From the NCBI GenBank assembly GCA_026023565.1, contig JAPETS010000009.1, positions 744,001 to 808,000 on the forward strand: a stretch of DNA of 64,000 nt, read 5' to 3'. The notes under the pieces were generated by a model that was not told where the DNA came from, did no database searches, and saw only the letters and a program-made list of their open reading frames with translations. Of the stretch, positions 27,042 to 37,202 are shown piece by piece. Each line of letters begins with the position of its first letter. Position 1 is the stretch's first letter. Both the position numbers and the translations under genes were made by a program. This stretch comes from Cirrosporium novae-zelandiae. Its lineage: Eukaryota.

Positions 27042-29574
27042 ATGTTCAATCGGAATCCCTCTTGGCGATCACGTTCGGCTGATGAAACGAATGCACGCGA
27101 TCGGAAAAGGAGGAGGAAAACCCTTTCCTGCTATCTTTGCAGAAAGAGGAAGTTAAAGTGTGACCGTGAGTATCCTTCATGCGGTAGATGCCAGAAGGCT
27201 GGCCATGGAGACTCTTGTACCTATGAACCAGGCTCCCTGGAAGCTAGGAATGATGTGGACGAGGATGAACCGTCTACTTTGATCCACAGAGTCGATAATG
27301 TTCAAATACGAACACCAGCTTCAAGTGTTCATGCACCAATTGACGACCCGGCCTTGATGGCCAGTAAAAAAGCTTCCGATGATGCGGCCTCATCCAAATT
27401 GTTGATGCAAGCAAAAAGAATCTCGGAGCTGGAAAGTAGACTTGCGAGCCTAGAAGCGTCAGTCAATCAACGACCATTGCCATGCTCAAGGCTTGAGCGA
27501 GGCGCATTTCCTGCTAAGCTGAGTATAAAGTCCACACTTCTAGTGCCGGATTTAAGCGGAGCTGGTCCAAAAGATGCCAAGGAAATTGAGATGATGAGGT
27601 TCCGAGGGAAGGGATACAAAACGAATTTTTATGGCGTCAGCAACACAACAAGCCTCGTTGGTCAGGTATGTCTGCTGCTTCTGCTACATAATAGCTCTAT
27701 TAACATCAACAGTTTCCTGAACTCTGGACATTTATGAATGATGCTTTTAAAAACAACCCAGCAGGTGTCCGGGTTGGGAATGACCTGGATGCTCTAAAAA
27801 GCCCATTAAAGAAAAAAGCCAAGGAAATGCCAATTAATATCTTAGCTCCTAGCGATGCGGAGCTTTTTAGTTTGCTTCCTACACAGGAAGTAATGGATAA
27901 TCTTTTGCAACTCTATTTTAGTACCTATGAGACTACATATCGTATTCTACATGGGCCTACATTCTGGGACGAATACCGTAGCTTTTGGGAAGATCCGGAA
28001 AAGCGCAGATCCGGCTTCATGGTACTCCTCCTATCCATAATCGCAACCGTCTATTGTGGGTCTTCAAAAGAGCCATTCAGCTATATTGCTGATAGTTCCT
28101 CGGCACGAGAGATGTCAATACTGTGGATCCGAGCATCCGAATCATGGCTTCAATATCAAAGTGAAAAACACATGACTCTAACCCAAGTTCAGGTTCGTTG
28201 TCTGTTGCTACTAGCTAAGCAGGTAAACCAAGTAAAAAGGAAGCAACATTGGGCATTTGCTGGAGCTCTTATGAGATTTGGCATGCAAATAGGATTGCAT
28301 CGTGACCCTAGTTTACTTGGTAGAAAGATAGCTATGTTTGACCAGGAGTTGAGGCGGCGACTGTGGGTCACAATGACTGAGTTGGAGCTGCAAGCTTCAA
28401 TTGACAGGGGAATGCCATCTTCGACAGCAGGCCTACCATTTGACTCTGCGCCCCCAAGAAACATCAACGATGATGACCTTGAGGTCTTATCTCAGCAGCC
28501 CCCAAATCCTAGGCCATGGCAGGAATACACCGAAACGTCCTTTTTACACATATCCCAAAAAAGCTTGTCGCTGAGGATCTCCCTAAATTCGGTGATAAAC
28601 AATCCTACATCTCATTTACAACATGATGATGTGTTGCAATACACAGAAAAAATCATGGAACAATTAGAAAAGGTTCCTCCTTGGGCTAAATCTGAAGGCG
28701 ATCTGGAAGACGTTTCGAGGTCTTCAGTCTTTCCACGGACTCTATTGAGCCTTCAACTTCAACAGTTTTTGATCATGCTTCATGGTCCTTTTCTCCGACG
28801 AACCGGATCCAACCCCTGGTATGAATACTCAAGGATGGTTTGTCTAAAAGCTGCCAATTCTATCATTGATCAGCATTCCAAACTTGTAGAGTCTGGAAAC
28901 TATGCACTCTGCATGCTTAGAAATGACGTAACCCGAGCAGCTCTATGCATTTGCCAAACGATGTTTATCTCAAATGCTATTCAAAGTTAATAACCCATGC
29001 CCCTTTCATTTGGATTTAGAAATAAATTTTTAACAAATGCTATAGGTGATCTCTTCCTCCAGAACATGGTGCATTCATTTTCTCAGACTGTAGAGAAGGT
29101 TCTTGCGATGCTTGAAGACTACGTAATACGCCTTGGTCGTGGTTTTAGTTCCTATTGGTTTGTATCTGCTGCATATAGCCTTGCACAATCGAAGTCTTCT
29201 GTGGATTCAAATATCCTAAGAGACCAAGCAATGAACAGATGTACAAGGCTATATTACAGGATTCTCGCTTCACAGGAAGACTTGTCCCGTACAGATGCAC
29301 TTGAACCTAACACAGAAATGGATGCTACTGGACTTCCGCTTTTAGCTTCGGGCCCAGTTGAGGTAAGATTTTTCTGTCAATCTCATTCAACGTCCCTGGG
29401 TCTACTTTGGCTATGTCTCAAAACCCCAACCTAGTATTTACAAGAATCGGAAGTCGCTAACTAGTGAAGATCACAATCCAGGATATTGCGCCAGAGCTTG
29501 AAGAGTTTGAATACTCTCACTTTTCGGGGTGGAGCTTCGAAAATGATTGGTTATTTGACTTTGGACATGAGTAG
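27042..29574 (+). CDS. Zn(II)2Cys6 transcription factor with fungal-specific TF middle domain
   Basis: CYLCRKRKLKCDREYPSCGRCQKAGHGDSC, and QIGLHRDP..ELRRRLWVTMTELELQAS. Introns at about 27667-27712, 28986-29046 and 29362-29481; acidic C-terminal tail ends at TAG 29574. Confidence 0.93.
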
Positions 29575-29681
29575 TAGATCACGCTCTTGATAATGTAGAG
29601 ATAATCCCTATAAAACCACACACTTGAACAAAAAAGAATCCAACTTAAGCAAACTCAACTATCAACCACAACAACATCACC

Positions 29682-30413
29682 CTACTTGCTCACAACCATA
29701 GCCATCAGAAAGCCATCATAATCCTTCTCCCCCACAGTTTGGATAACCACAGCGTCAACCCGCGTATCCTTTCCTACCTCTTCCACCACCTTCCTAATTC
29801 CCTGTACACGTGGATTGTTTCGAAACTCCTCGGCCACCAATTTCCCCTGGCAAACAACATTATCCACACAAATGCACGCTCCCACGTTACTCATCTTGGC
29901 CGCCAAATCAAAATACGCCCAATTGTTTGAGGCATCAGCATCAATATACGTAAACCCAAAAGGCTCCCGCGTTCCCTCTTGAATCTCAGCCTCCAGCTTC
30001 AGGAGCACCTCCAAAGCAACCCCCACAATAACCTCGACCCGATCGCCGACTCCCGCGAAAGCGATATTCTTCCTCGCTACCTCGGCACGCTTCGGATCCA
30101 TCTCGATAGTAGTAATATGGAGACCCGGGTTCTCCGTTGCTAGCCAAATGGACCCGTACCCCCCCAGCGTACCAACCTCCAGCGCATGCTTTGCACCAAC
30201 TAGTCGGCACTGTAGAGAAATGAACTTCCCCTGCATGGGATTCGTAGCTATGTCCGGGAGACCTTGATCGCGCGCGTTCACCAGAGCATGTCTGAGCGCT
30301 TCGGTATTCGGACGAGTTGAAGGGTGGAGATTGGAAAAGGTGTAGTCGTCCACAGCGACCCAACGCGGGTCTTGTTCATACTTAATGTTGGTAAAGACGT
30401 TTTTGGCGGCCAT
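29682..30413 (-). CDS. O-methyltransferase family 3 (caffeoyl-CoA/catechol OMT-like)
   Basis: Intronless from ATG 30413: LEVGTLGGYGSIWL, TYIDAD, ICVDNVV and IQTVGEKDYDGF. Confidence 0.92.
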   Translation of the reverse strand: MAAKNVFTNIKYEQDPRWVAVDDYTFSNLHPSTRPNTEALRHALVNARDQGLPDIATNPMQGKFISLQCRLVGAKHALEVGTLGGYGSIWLATENPGLHITTIEMDPKRAEVARKNIAFAGVGDRVEVIVGVALEVLLKLEAEIQEGTREPFGFTYIDADASNNWAYFDLAAKMSNVGACICVDNVVCQGKLVAEEFRNNPRVQGIRKVVEEVGKDTRVDAVVIQTVGEKDYDGFLMAMVVSK

Positions 30414-30690
30414 TGTTGACTTGACGGGGCGGGAGGGAGATAGATGATAACGATAGATTTTTTTTTCAAGACTGTGTTGAAGAAAGAGTTGGGGATATAT
30501 ATAGGATATGGGATATGGTTTATAGAAAAGCGAATCAACCAGATTTCCAAGATATTCAGTTTTTGATGAGAATTCGAAGCACACTTAATCATTCATTCAC
30601 TCAAAGGAAAACCCCCTCCCCTTCTTATACCCAAAAATTCCCCTAATTCCCTTTCCCCTTCCCTTCCCTTCCTTGAGTTCGGATTCGGAT

Positions 30691-30708
30691 TCGGAGATAC
30701 ATCTCCGA
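30691..30708. promoter_or_regulatory. Palindromic CGG-N10-CCG site (tcggagat-ac-atctccga), candidate Zn2Cys6 binding site
   Basis: Perfect 8-bp inverted arms, about 280 bp upstream of the OMT start, preceded by two further ttcgga units. Confidence 0.55.
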
Positions 30709-31752
30709 TAAATAACCTACCTACCTACCTAGGTACCTATATACAAGTCCGACCCTCGAGCCCTCGCCCTTCGGACTTGGAGATCCTTTTTGAAAATAAA
30801 ATCCGAGTTTTTTATATCCCTGCTCCTACATGGAGGGGGAATGCTGTTGCCTTGGGGGTTTTTTTCTACTTGTATGTATACCTCCGTCGATCGGTCATTG
30901 GTCATCGGAGATGGATGGATAGATGGACTATGCATGGATTATGGCATGTAGATGTAGATGTGGGCATAGGTAGGTCAATTATTTCCTATAGCTATAGCTA
31001 TAGTAGATTAGATTAGATTAGATTGGCTGAGAGCTTGTTTGGGGGGGAGGGGGGAGAGGGATATAAAACTTGCTTTTGGAAGTTTTTTTTTAATTCAAGT
31101 GGACTTTTAGTGTATTTAGTGTACTTGGTGTATTACTTTGAGATTTGATGTTGGTGTTAGTGTGTGTAATTGTTGGTGTTGGATATATCTATAATTAACT
31201 TATCCCCTAATCTAATCTAATCTAATCTAGAGTAAATACACCCCACCACCAACCACCTAATTATTGTATTTCTTATCATATCATGATAAAAAGGGATAAG
31301 ATAAGATCATTATTTTCATTTTATGATTTCCGTCCCCACCTTAGTAAGATATAATAATTACAGTACAATACAGTACAGTACAAACAAAATCCAAGATATT
31401 TTTATCCAGTAGAATGTGAATCATAACCTACTTACCTACCTACTTATCTACTTACCTTGCCTACGTTCCACAGAACCTTCAGTCTCTTAAGACTAAGAGA
31501 TATATAATCAATGTTTGTCCCTTTCGGGAGTATTTGGTTTAATTAATAACGCAGTAACTTTTCTGCCCTCTTTTTTGATCGTTTTCTGTCTTGACGCTAG
31601 GGTACCTGGGTAGGTAGGTAGGTATTACATAGTACATTAAACACGGACATAAGCATGACATCACCACCACCACACCTTGCCTCTTCCCTCCTCCCAATCC
31701 AATCCATCCCATCCCCATTTCCCCTCAGCATCTAGAAACCAATAAATAGCTT

Positions 31753-31886
31753 ATCTCCTGAACCGGGCACAAAAGGACCGCCTTAGCAGGGGAGGTCAAA
31801 CTAGGGGGTCAATCTGACCTATCATTGATCCCTACATGAATATCCCTAATTACTGAGGCGGACCTTTTGTGCCCGGTTCAGGAGAT
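31753..31886. mobile_element. 134-bp foldback / MITE-like element with 34-bp terminal inverted repeats
   Basis: The left arm atctcctgaaccgggcacaaaaggaccgccttag matches the reverse complement of the right arm at 32/34 positions (first 24 perfect). The interior is also imperfectly self-complementary. No clear target-site duplication. Confidence 0.6.
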
Positions 31887-32509
31887 CCTACACACTATAA
31901 CAAACATTACACCACACAGGAAGCATACAAGTTACACAACATGAACAGCAATCAATTGATTAATTAACGGTCTGCCTTGGCCCATTTGTCTCCCCTTCCC
32001 CTCCCTCTCTCCTCCCACATGCGTGTCAGCAACCACCAAGTCATGCCTCTTGGGAAATTTGAACTGAATTGATTGATTGGCTGGCCGAATGATTGATTAA
32101 TTGGTCTGATTGACCTTGTCCGTCCGCGCATTGCTTGGCGATTCGGGGCATACCACAGGAGGCATGGGTATCTTTTGCTAGTGCTGATGTAATTACTGGA
32201 ATCAAATCAAATAGTCACTCGAGTAATTGGCTAGGATGTACCGGATCTGCAGGGGGATCGGACCGGACCTGGGGATTTTTTATTTGTTTATGAACTACTT
32301 GGGGTAGGGGGAACGAAAAAAATATGCTTATGTTATACTTTTATATATATATATGCTTGTTCCGTCCTTTTTGATTATTTTTTATTTTTTGTTAATTTTA
32401 ATGCTGGGGTTTTGAACCTGTTTTTTATTTATCTGTTTGTTTGTTTTTGGTAAGAGGGTATATACGTACAGTACATACATATATATACCCCGCAAAAAAT
32501 AAAAAACAA

Positions 32510-33487
32510 ATGACACCGCGGCCATTCCTTTCAGTTTTCCACTTCCTCGCCATCTCCTCCTCCATCCTCTCACTCCTCATACCCTCATCCACAACAGCCT
32601 CCAACAGCAGTCCAGGCTGCGACACCACCTCCACCCCCAGCTTCCCCATCGGAACCTCAAAAAACTTCACCCTAAAAACCTCAGATGGCCGAACACGAGA
32701 CTACCTTCTCTACCTCCCTGAAAACTACACCCCGACGACCCCCTCCCCCCTAATATTCTCCTACCACGGCAACGGCAAAAACATGACAAACCAGGAATCC
32801 CTCTCCCAGCTCTCAAACTCCACCTTCAACAAAGATTATCTGGTTGTGTATCCCCAGGGTGTGAAAAATCACTGGGAAGGGCCTACCTATGCCGTGAAGG
32901 GGGTGTCGGATGTGAATTTTACGGCGGAGTTGTTGGAGGAGTTGGAGGCGGGGTATTGTGTGGATGTTGATAGGGTGTATGCGAATGGGAAGAGCAATGG
33001 GGGTGGGTTTGTGGATACCTTGGCTTGTTCTGGGGAGAGGGCCGGGGAAGCATTCGCAGCGTTTGCGCCTGTGAGTGGGGCGTTTTATACGGATTTGAAT
33101 GCGAGTAGTCCGTGTGATTTGGGGTCCAGGGTTAGGACCCCCATGTTGGAGTTTCATGGGACGGGGGATAAGGTGATTAATTATACGGGCGGTGAGGGGG
33201 GTGGGGGACCCATACCGCCGATTCCGGAGTGGTTGGCGAGATGGGGGGCGAGGAATGGGTGTGAGGATTCTTCTTGCTATAGTGAGACGGAGGAGTATGG
33301 GGGTGTGGTGCAGTATATTACTTATTCTGGAAATGGGGTCGATGAGGTTGTGGAGCATTATCGCATTGATGGGATGGGCCATGATTGGCCGAGTACGATG
33401 TGGAATAGTGATAATGAGGGGGATGTGACGGTCCTTGATGCGACGCCGTTGATCTTGGAGTTTTTCGAGAGATGGGTAAAGGAGTGA
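32510..33487 (+). CDS. Secreted carbohydrate esterase family 1 (feruloyl esterase C / PHB-depolymerase-like)
   Basis: Signal peptide, RDYLLYLPENY..PLIFSYHG, VVYPQG, nucleophile motif GKSNGGG, EFHGTGDKVI and GMGHDWPS. Confidence 0.9.
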   Translation: MTPRPFLSVFHFLAISSSILSLLIPSSTTASNSSPGCDTTSTPSFPIGTSKNFTLKTSDGRTRDYLLYLPENYTPTTPSPLIFSYHGNGKNMTNQESLSQLSNSTFNKDYLVVYPQGVKNHWEGPTYAVKGVSDVNFTAELLEELEAGYCVDVDRVYANGKSNGGGFVDTLACSGERAGEAFAAFAPVSGAFYTDLNASSPCDLGSRVRTPMLEFHGTGDKVINYTGGEGGGGPIPPIPEWLARWGARNGCEDSSCYSETEEYGGVVQYITYSGNGVDEVVEHYRIDGMGHDWPSTMWNSDNEGDVTVLDATPLILEFFERWVKE

Positions 33488-33783
33488 TGGTTGGTCGGGG
33501 GAGCTTTGGAGTAGTCTACCATAAGAAAAAATTGATGGCTATTATTACTTTTAGGCGAATGCTTTTAATTTTCATGCTAGGACTTTGAAAATTTATGAAC
33601 ATATTTCTGCAGAGCGATTGTCCGATAATATTTTCTCCCAGCAAGACCCCGCAGGGGGTAATCCAAGCTGTGAGAATATCCACTTTTATTTAATCCCCCT
33701 TGTTGCTATTCTAAACATACCCATCCGAACTTAGATCGGGTTGGAGGAATTCTTTGAAAAGAAATACCAGGCCGTTCAAGAAG

Positions 33784-35586
33784 TCAAACTATACTGTACC
33801 GTCTTCGTATCTTTCCAACAGGTTGCTGTATAGAAGGTGTTGTTGTATTAGCAGATGCCATGGATTGTCCAGCAGCCAAAGATGGCTGCGGCGTCAATTC
33901 AACCTCTTTGATGATAAAATTATAACTGGTGTCAAGAGACCTTGACCTTCTGCCAATCAGGATACACCTATAACTCTTAAGTGAGCGTTATACAGTACTT
34001 AAATGAAGGTGATCATACCCGTTTGATCCAATTAAGTCTCATTGTGAAGAGTATTTGGCATAAGCCGACAATTCCAGTAATTAAGGGGATAAGCTGACTA
34101 GTGGACTGCACCTCATAGATGCCGCGTATTGAATTCCAGCATGAGGTTAATTCCACTGCCAATATGAACCAAATAATAATTCCCAGAATTACGATGATAA
34201 GTGTAGTTCTAAGCCAATATCTCCTAGGTATCGTCAATATGTAGGGAACAGACTTGTTGGGAGCCTCACCATTTTTCGTAATTGATAGGTTGTGGCTTTT
34301 CCGTGTCCGAGCCTTTATCTGGATGGCTAGAAATATTTAATATTCATTTGAGAAGTTGCTAGCAATTTGGAATTTCATAATAGAACCGGATCTTTCGTAT
34401 AGTCTCGTCCACTAGTTCGATAGCGACTCCCTAAGCACGATAGTAGGAATAACGGCCCTCCAGAATATATTTTAACAAGGCCGAAAGAACTAACTTATTA
34501 GCTGCTAGTATGACCTGGAGAGATAACATAACCCAACATAACCCCCAAAATGCTCCATACAAGAAGTAGAGAGTCGAAACTATTTTGTAAAAAATGCCCC
34601 CACCCCCTTTGATGTCTACTTCTGAGAGCAAAAAGATTACAGGGCTGCATGAATGTGAAATAAACGGAGAATCTCCAGAAAACCAGAACCAGATATTATA
34701 GGAAGAAATCCCACAAACAATCATGGCACGCCAATATATGCCAAGCCACGACAATTCAAGGTGTCTGGCAGAAGAACCTATGCCAGTGTGAAAATTTTCC
34801 TCTGACCCTGTTCGCGTAGAATTAGATACTTCCTTAGAAACCTGTATTTATCACTGCTCTGTATATTTGTCGAAGAATAGTGTTCGTTGGAAATCCAAGG
34901 CAGCAAAGTCCAGCCAACATTATCGAAGAACAAGAATATCAAGTTCAAGATTGATAGCCCAGGAATACTCTGGCTCATGAGGCTCAATTTAACATATTAT
35001 CCAAAAATTTATTGCCAATTATCCAAAGGCCTGTAGTTGCTTTGTCCGGGAATTGACCTGAAGACTCGACAAGCAATGCTCTAAATTCATCCCTAGCGTT
35101 TTCTAGAGCTATGTTCTCTTCCTTACGGTAATGGCGAAGATATTCACTCCACCTTTTCAGTGCAAGGCCATCGAGGTTACTGAGAATTGTAATCCGCAAT
35201 CTAGTAATACTCAGAATTGATAATAGGTACCCAAAACATAATTGTAGCATCACAAACGCTTCCACCTGACGTAAGGTGTGAGCGGTAGTAGCTTTAACAA
35301 TAGCAATAAATATTGCGAAAAGAAATGTTGAGTTTGTATCAAGTGCACTTGGCATCATATCAGGGACGAAGGCGTTGGCGAGTAAAGAAGAGATCCATTG
35401 CAAATATATACCAAGCCGAATTCCAAAGCCATAGAGATCAGAGTTGCCTTGGAATCCGGTGCAAACATCTCGCTCGACATCATGGAAAGGTTGCCTTGAG
35501 GGGAACACATGTAGGGTAGAGATGATAAGGCTAAAGATAAGTATTGGTATGAAGACGGATCGTAAAACACTAGTTTGCATTGACAT
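33784..35586 (-). pseudogene. Multi-TM fungal protein of unknown function, fragmented (probable pseudogene, or weakly spliced gene)
   Basis: ORFs 34984-35586 (GNSDLYGFGIRLGIYLQWISSLLAN), 34778-34987, 34431-34754 and 34013-34237 (AVELTSCWNSIRGIYEVQSTSQLIPL) are collinear pieces in different frames. Some junctions lack strong donors, and the last exon appears frameshifted after YPDWQKVKVS. Confidence 0.5.
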
Positions 35587-36043
35587 AGATTATAAGAAGA
35601 ACAATATAGACTGAGATAGTGAAGAATATTGAAGATTGGAAGAAAATGACCATGTATTTAGTACAATACGTAGTACTAGGCTCTGTATCGAAATCTTAAT
35701 TACCGAGGGTGGGTAGGTGAGTAATAATAGGCTTTGTTTATGAGATGTAGATTGTGTGGATGAGACTAGGTAATTATAAATAATCAACCTATTCCCGACT
35801 TAGACTAGTATGAACCCTTTGGACCAAACGGCTACCGACAGACCAATAGTTTCCGCGAACAACGTTTCTCATGTTTCTACCGCTTGTTTGCTGGATATCA
35901 AAGAGAGCCTATTGTTACTATTCCACGCACCCCACGTTCGGTACTCGACTTGAAAAGACTCGTTCCTGTATATCATTGAAACTATTAGTGTTCAAGCTAT
36001 GCAGCAAGGATGAAATCAAAGGAAAAATTTTACAAAAGTCATC

Positions 36044-36428
36044 CTAAGGAGCACTTACATCTGACGGGCTCATAGGAAACGTGAACTGTCGTCTTTCGAA
36101 AAGACCTGCCTCAATGTCCAGCTCGATTGCTCTGACACAACTATATCTCGTTTGGCGTGTTACCGTAGCAAAGGATACCGTTTCCGAAAGCTGTATCGAT
36201 CGGCTGTCTGCTAGTTGCAATTATGAGAATGTTGATGCGGTACTATAGGTTTAGGAGAAAGTATATACAACGGAGGCCCAAAGTTTCTGGGAACGGGGTT
36301 GCAAGGGCTCTGTGAGTATGCTTCTTCTGAATTCCTCTTCTTAACCAGTTTCGGCAAACAAGTAGTGATGGGGGGAGTGTCACGAATATACTGATTAAGG
36401 CAAGAAGAGCTTCGGTTGACAAGGCCAT
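36044..36428 (-). CDS. Small hypothetical protein with N-terminal hydrophobic helix (MALSTEALLALISIFVTLPP..)
   Basis: ATG at 36428, a TM-like start followed by a basic stretch, and a probable second exon (..LDIEAGLFERRQF..) ending at TAG 36044. Splice sites are uncertain. Confidence 0.45.
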
Positions 36429-37202
36429 GCGGATGCAGTTGTACCAGTAAGTTAAAGATGGGGTTGTTTATGTCGGGAAAAAAGATGCTCCGGAAGCTGC
36501 AAGACTTGGTGGATATGCTGCCATTTTAACTATTTAAGAATGGCAATGCTTCTATTATAGTAATTGAGATTAAAGCAAATTCTAGTTTGGACAGAGAACA
36601 CCGCCACCTGAAGAATGAAGAAAGATTTCGGCCATCTCGAATAAAAAATCAACTTGAAGGGTCGTTAATGTTGATGTACAAAGGTTTTGGAAAGAGCCAA
36701 TCACTTAATGTATTCCTCAGTCAGTAACGGCAGGCTTGTAGAAATGAAAGACAGCAGTCTGATCGATGGTGTTTCACTGCATGGTGATTTCGGTGTCTGC
36801 CAATAGACGAACGAGCACCGACATGGATAAGAATCCTGTAAAAGCCTCGCAGCTCACGAGCCTAAGCTGCGTCAATGCTTGGCAAGATTTTGGTATTGAC
36901 CAATCTCTAGTTGCTAATGGTGAGAAATCGGTGTCGTATCATCGTACCATTGGGGAGGGGGGGTGACACAGGTTATATCAAGTTGCAGACATATTCAGCC
37001 GTCGGTGGATTATAGGCGCAGACAGAAAATGTACAACTGGTGATGAATAGCCATGCGAATGTCTATAAGAACAACAATGACTTCCCTTGTGGAAATTCTT
37101 CATTTACTTAACATTCGAAGCCTTCTAAATCTTTTGCATTCTCTTCTCCCACAATAGGATCCCTCCAACAAAGAACCAGAGCTCTTCCATTAACCATACA
37201 CC

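Noticed and set aside
32813..33382. 189-aa antisense ORF within the esterase
   Set aside because: It is a by-product of the G-rich skew suppressing stops, with no recognisable motif.
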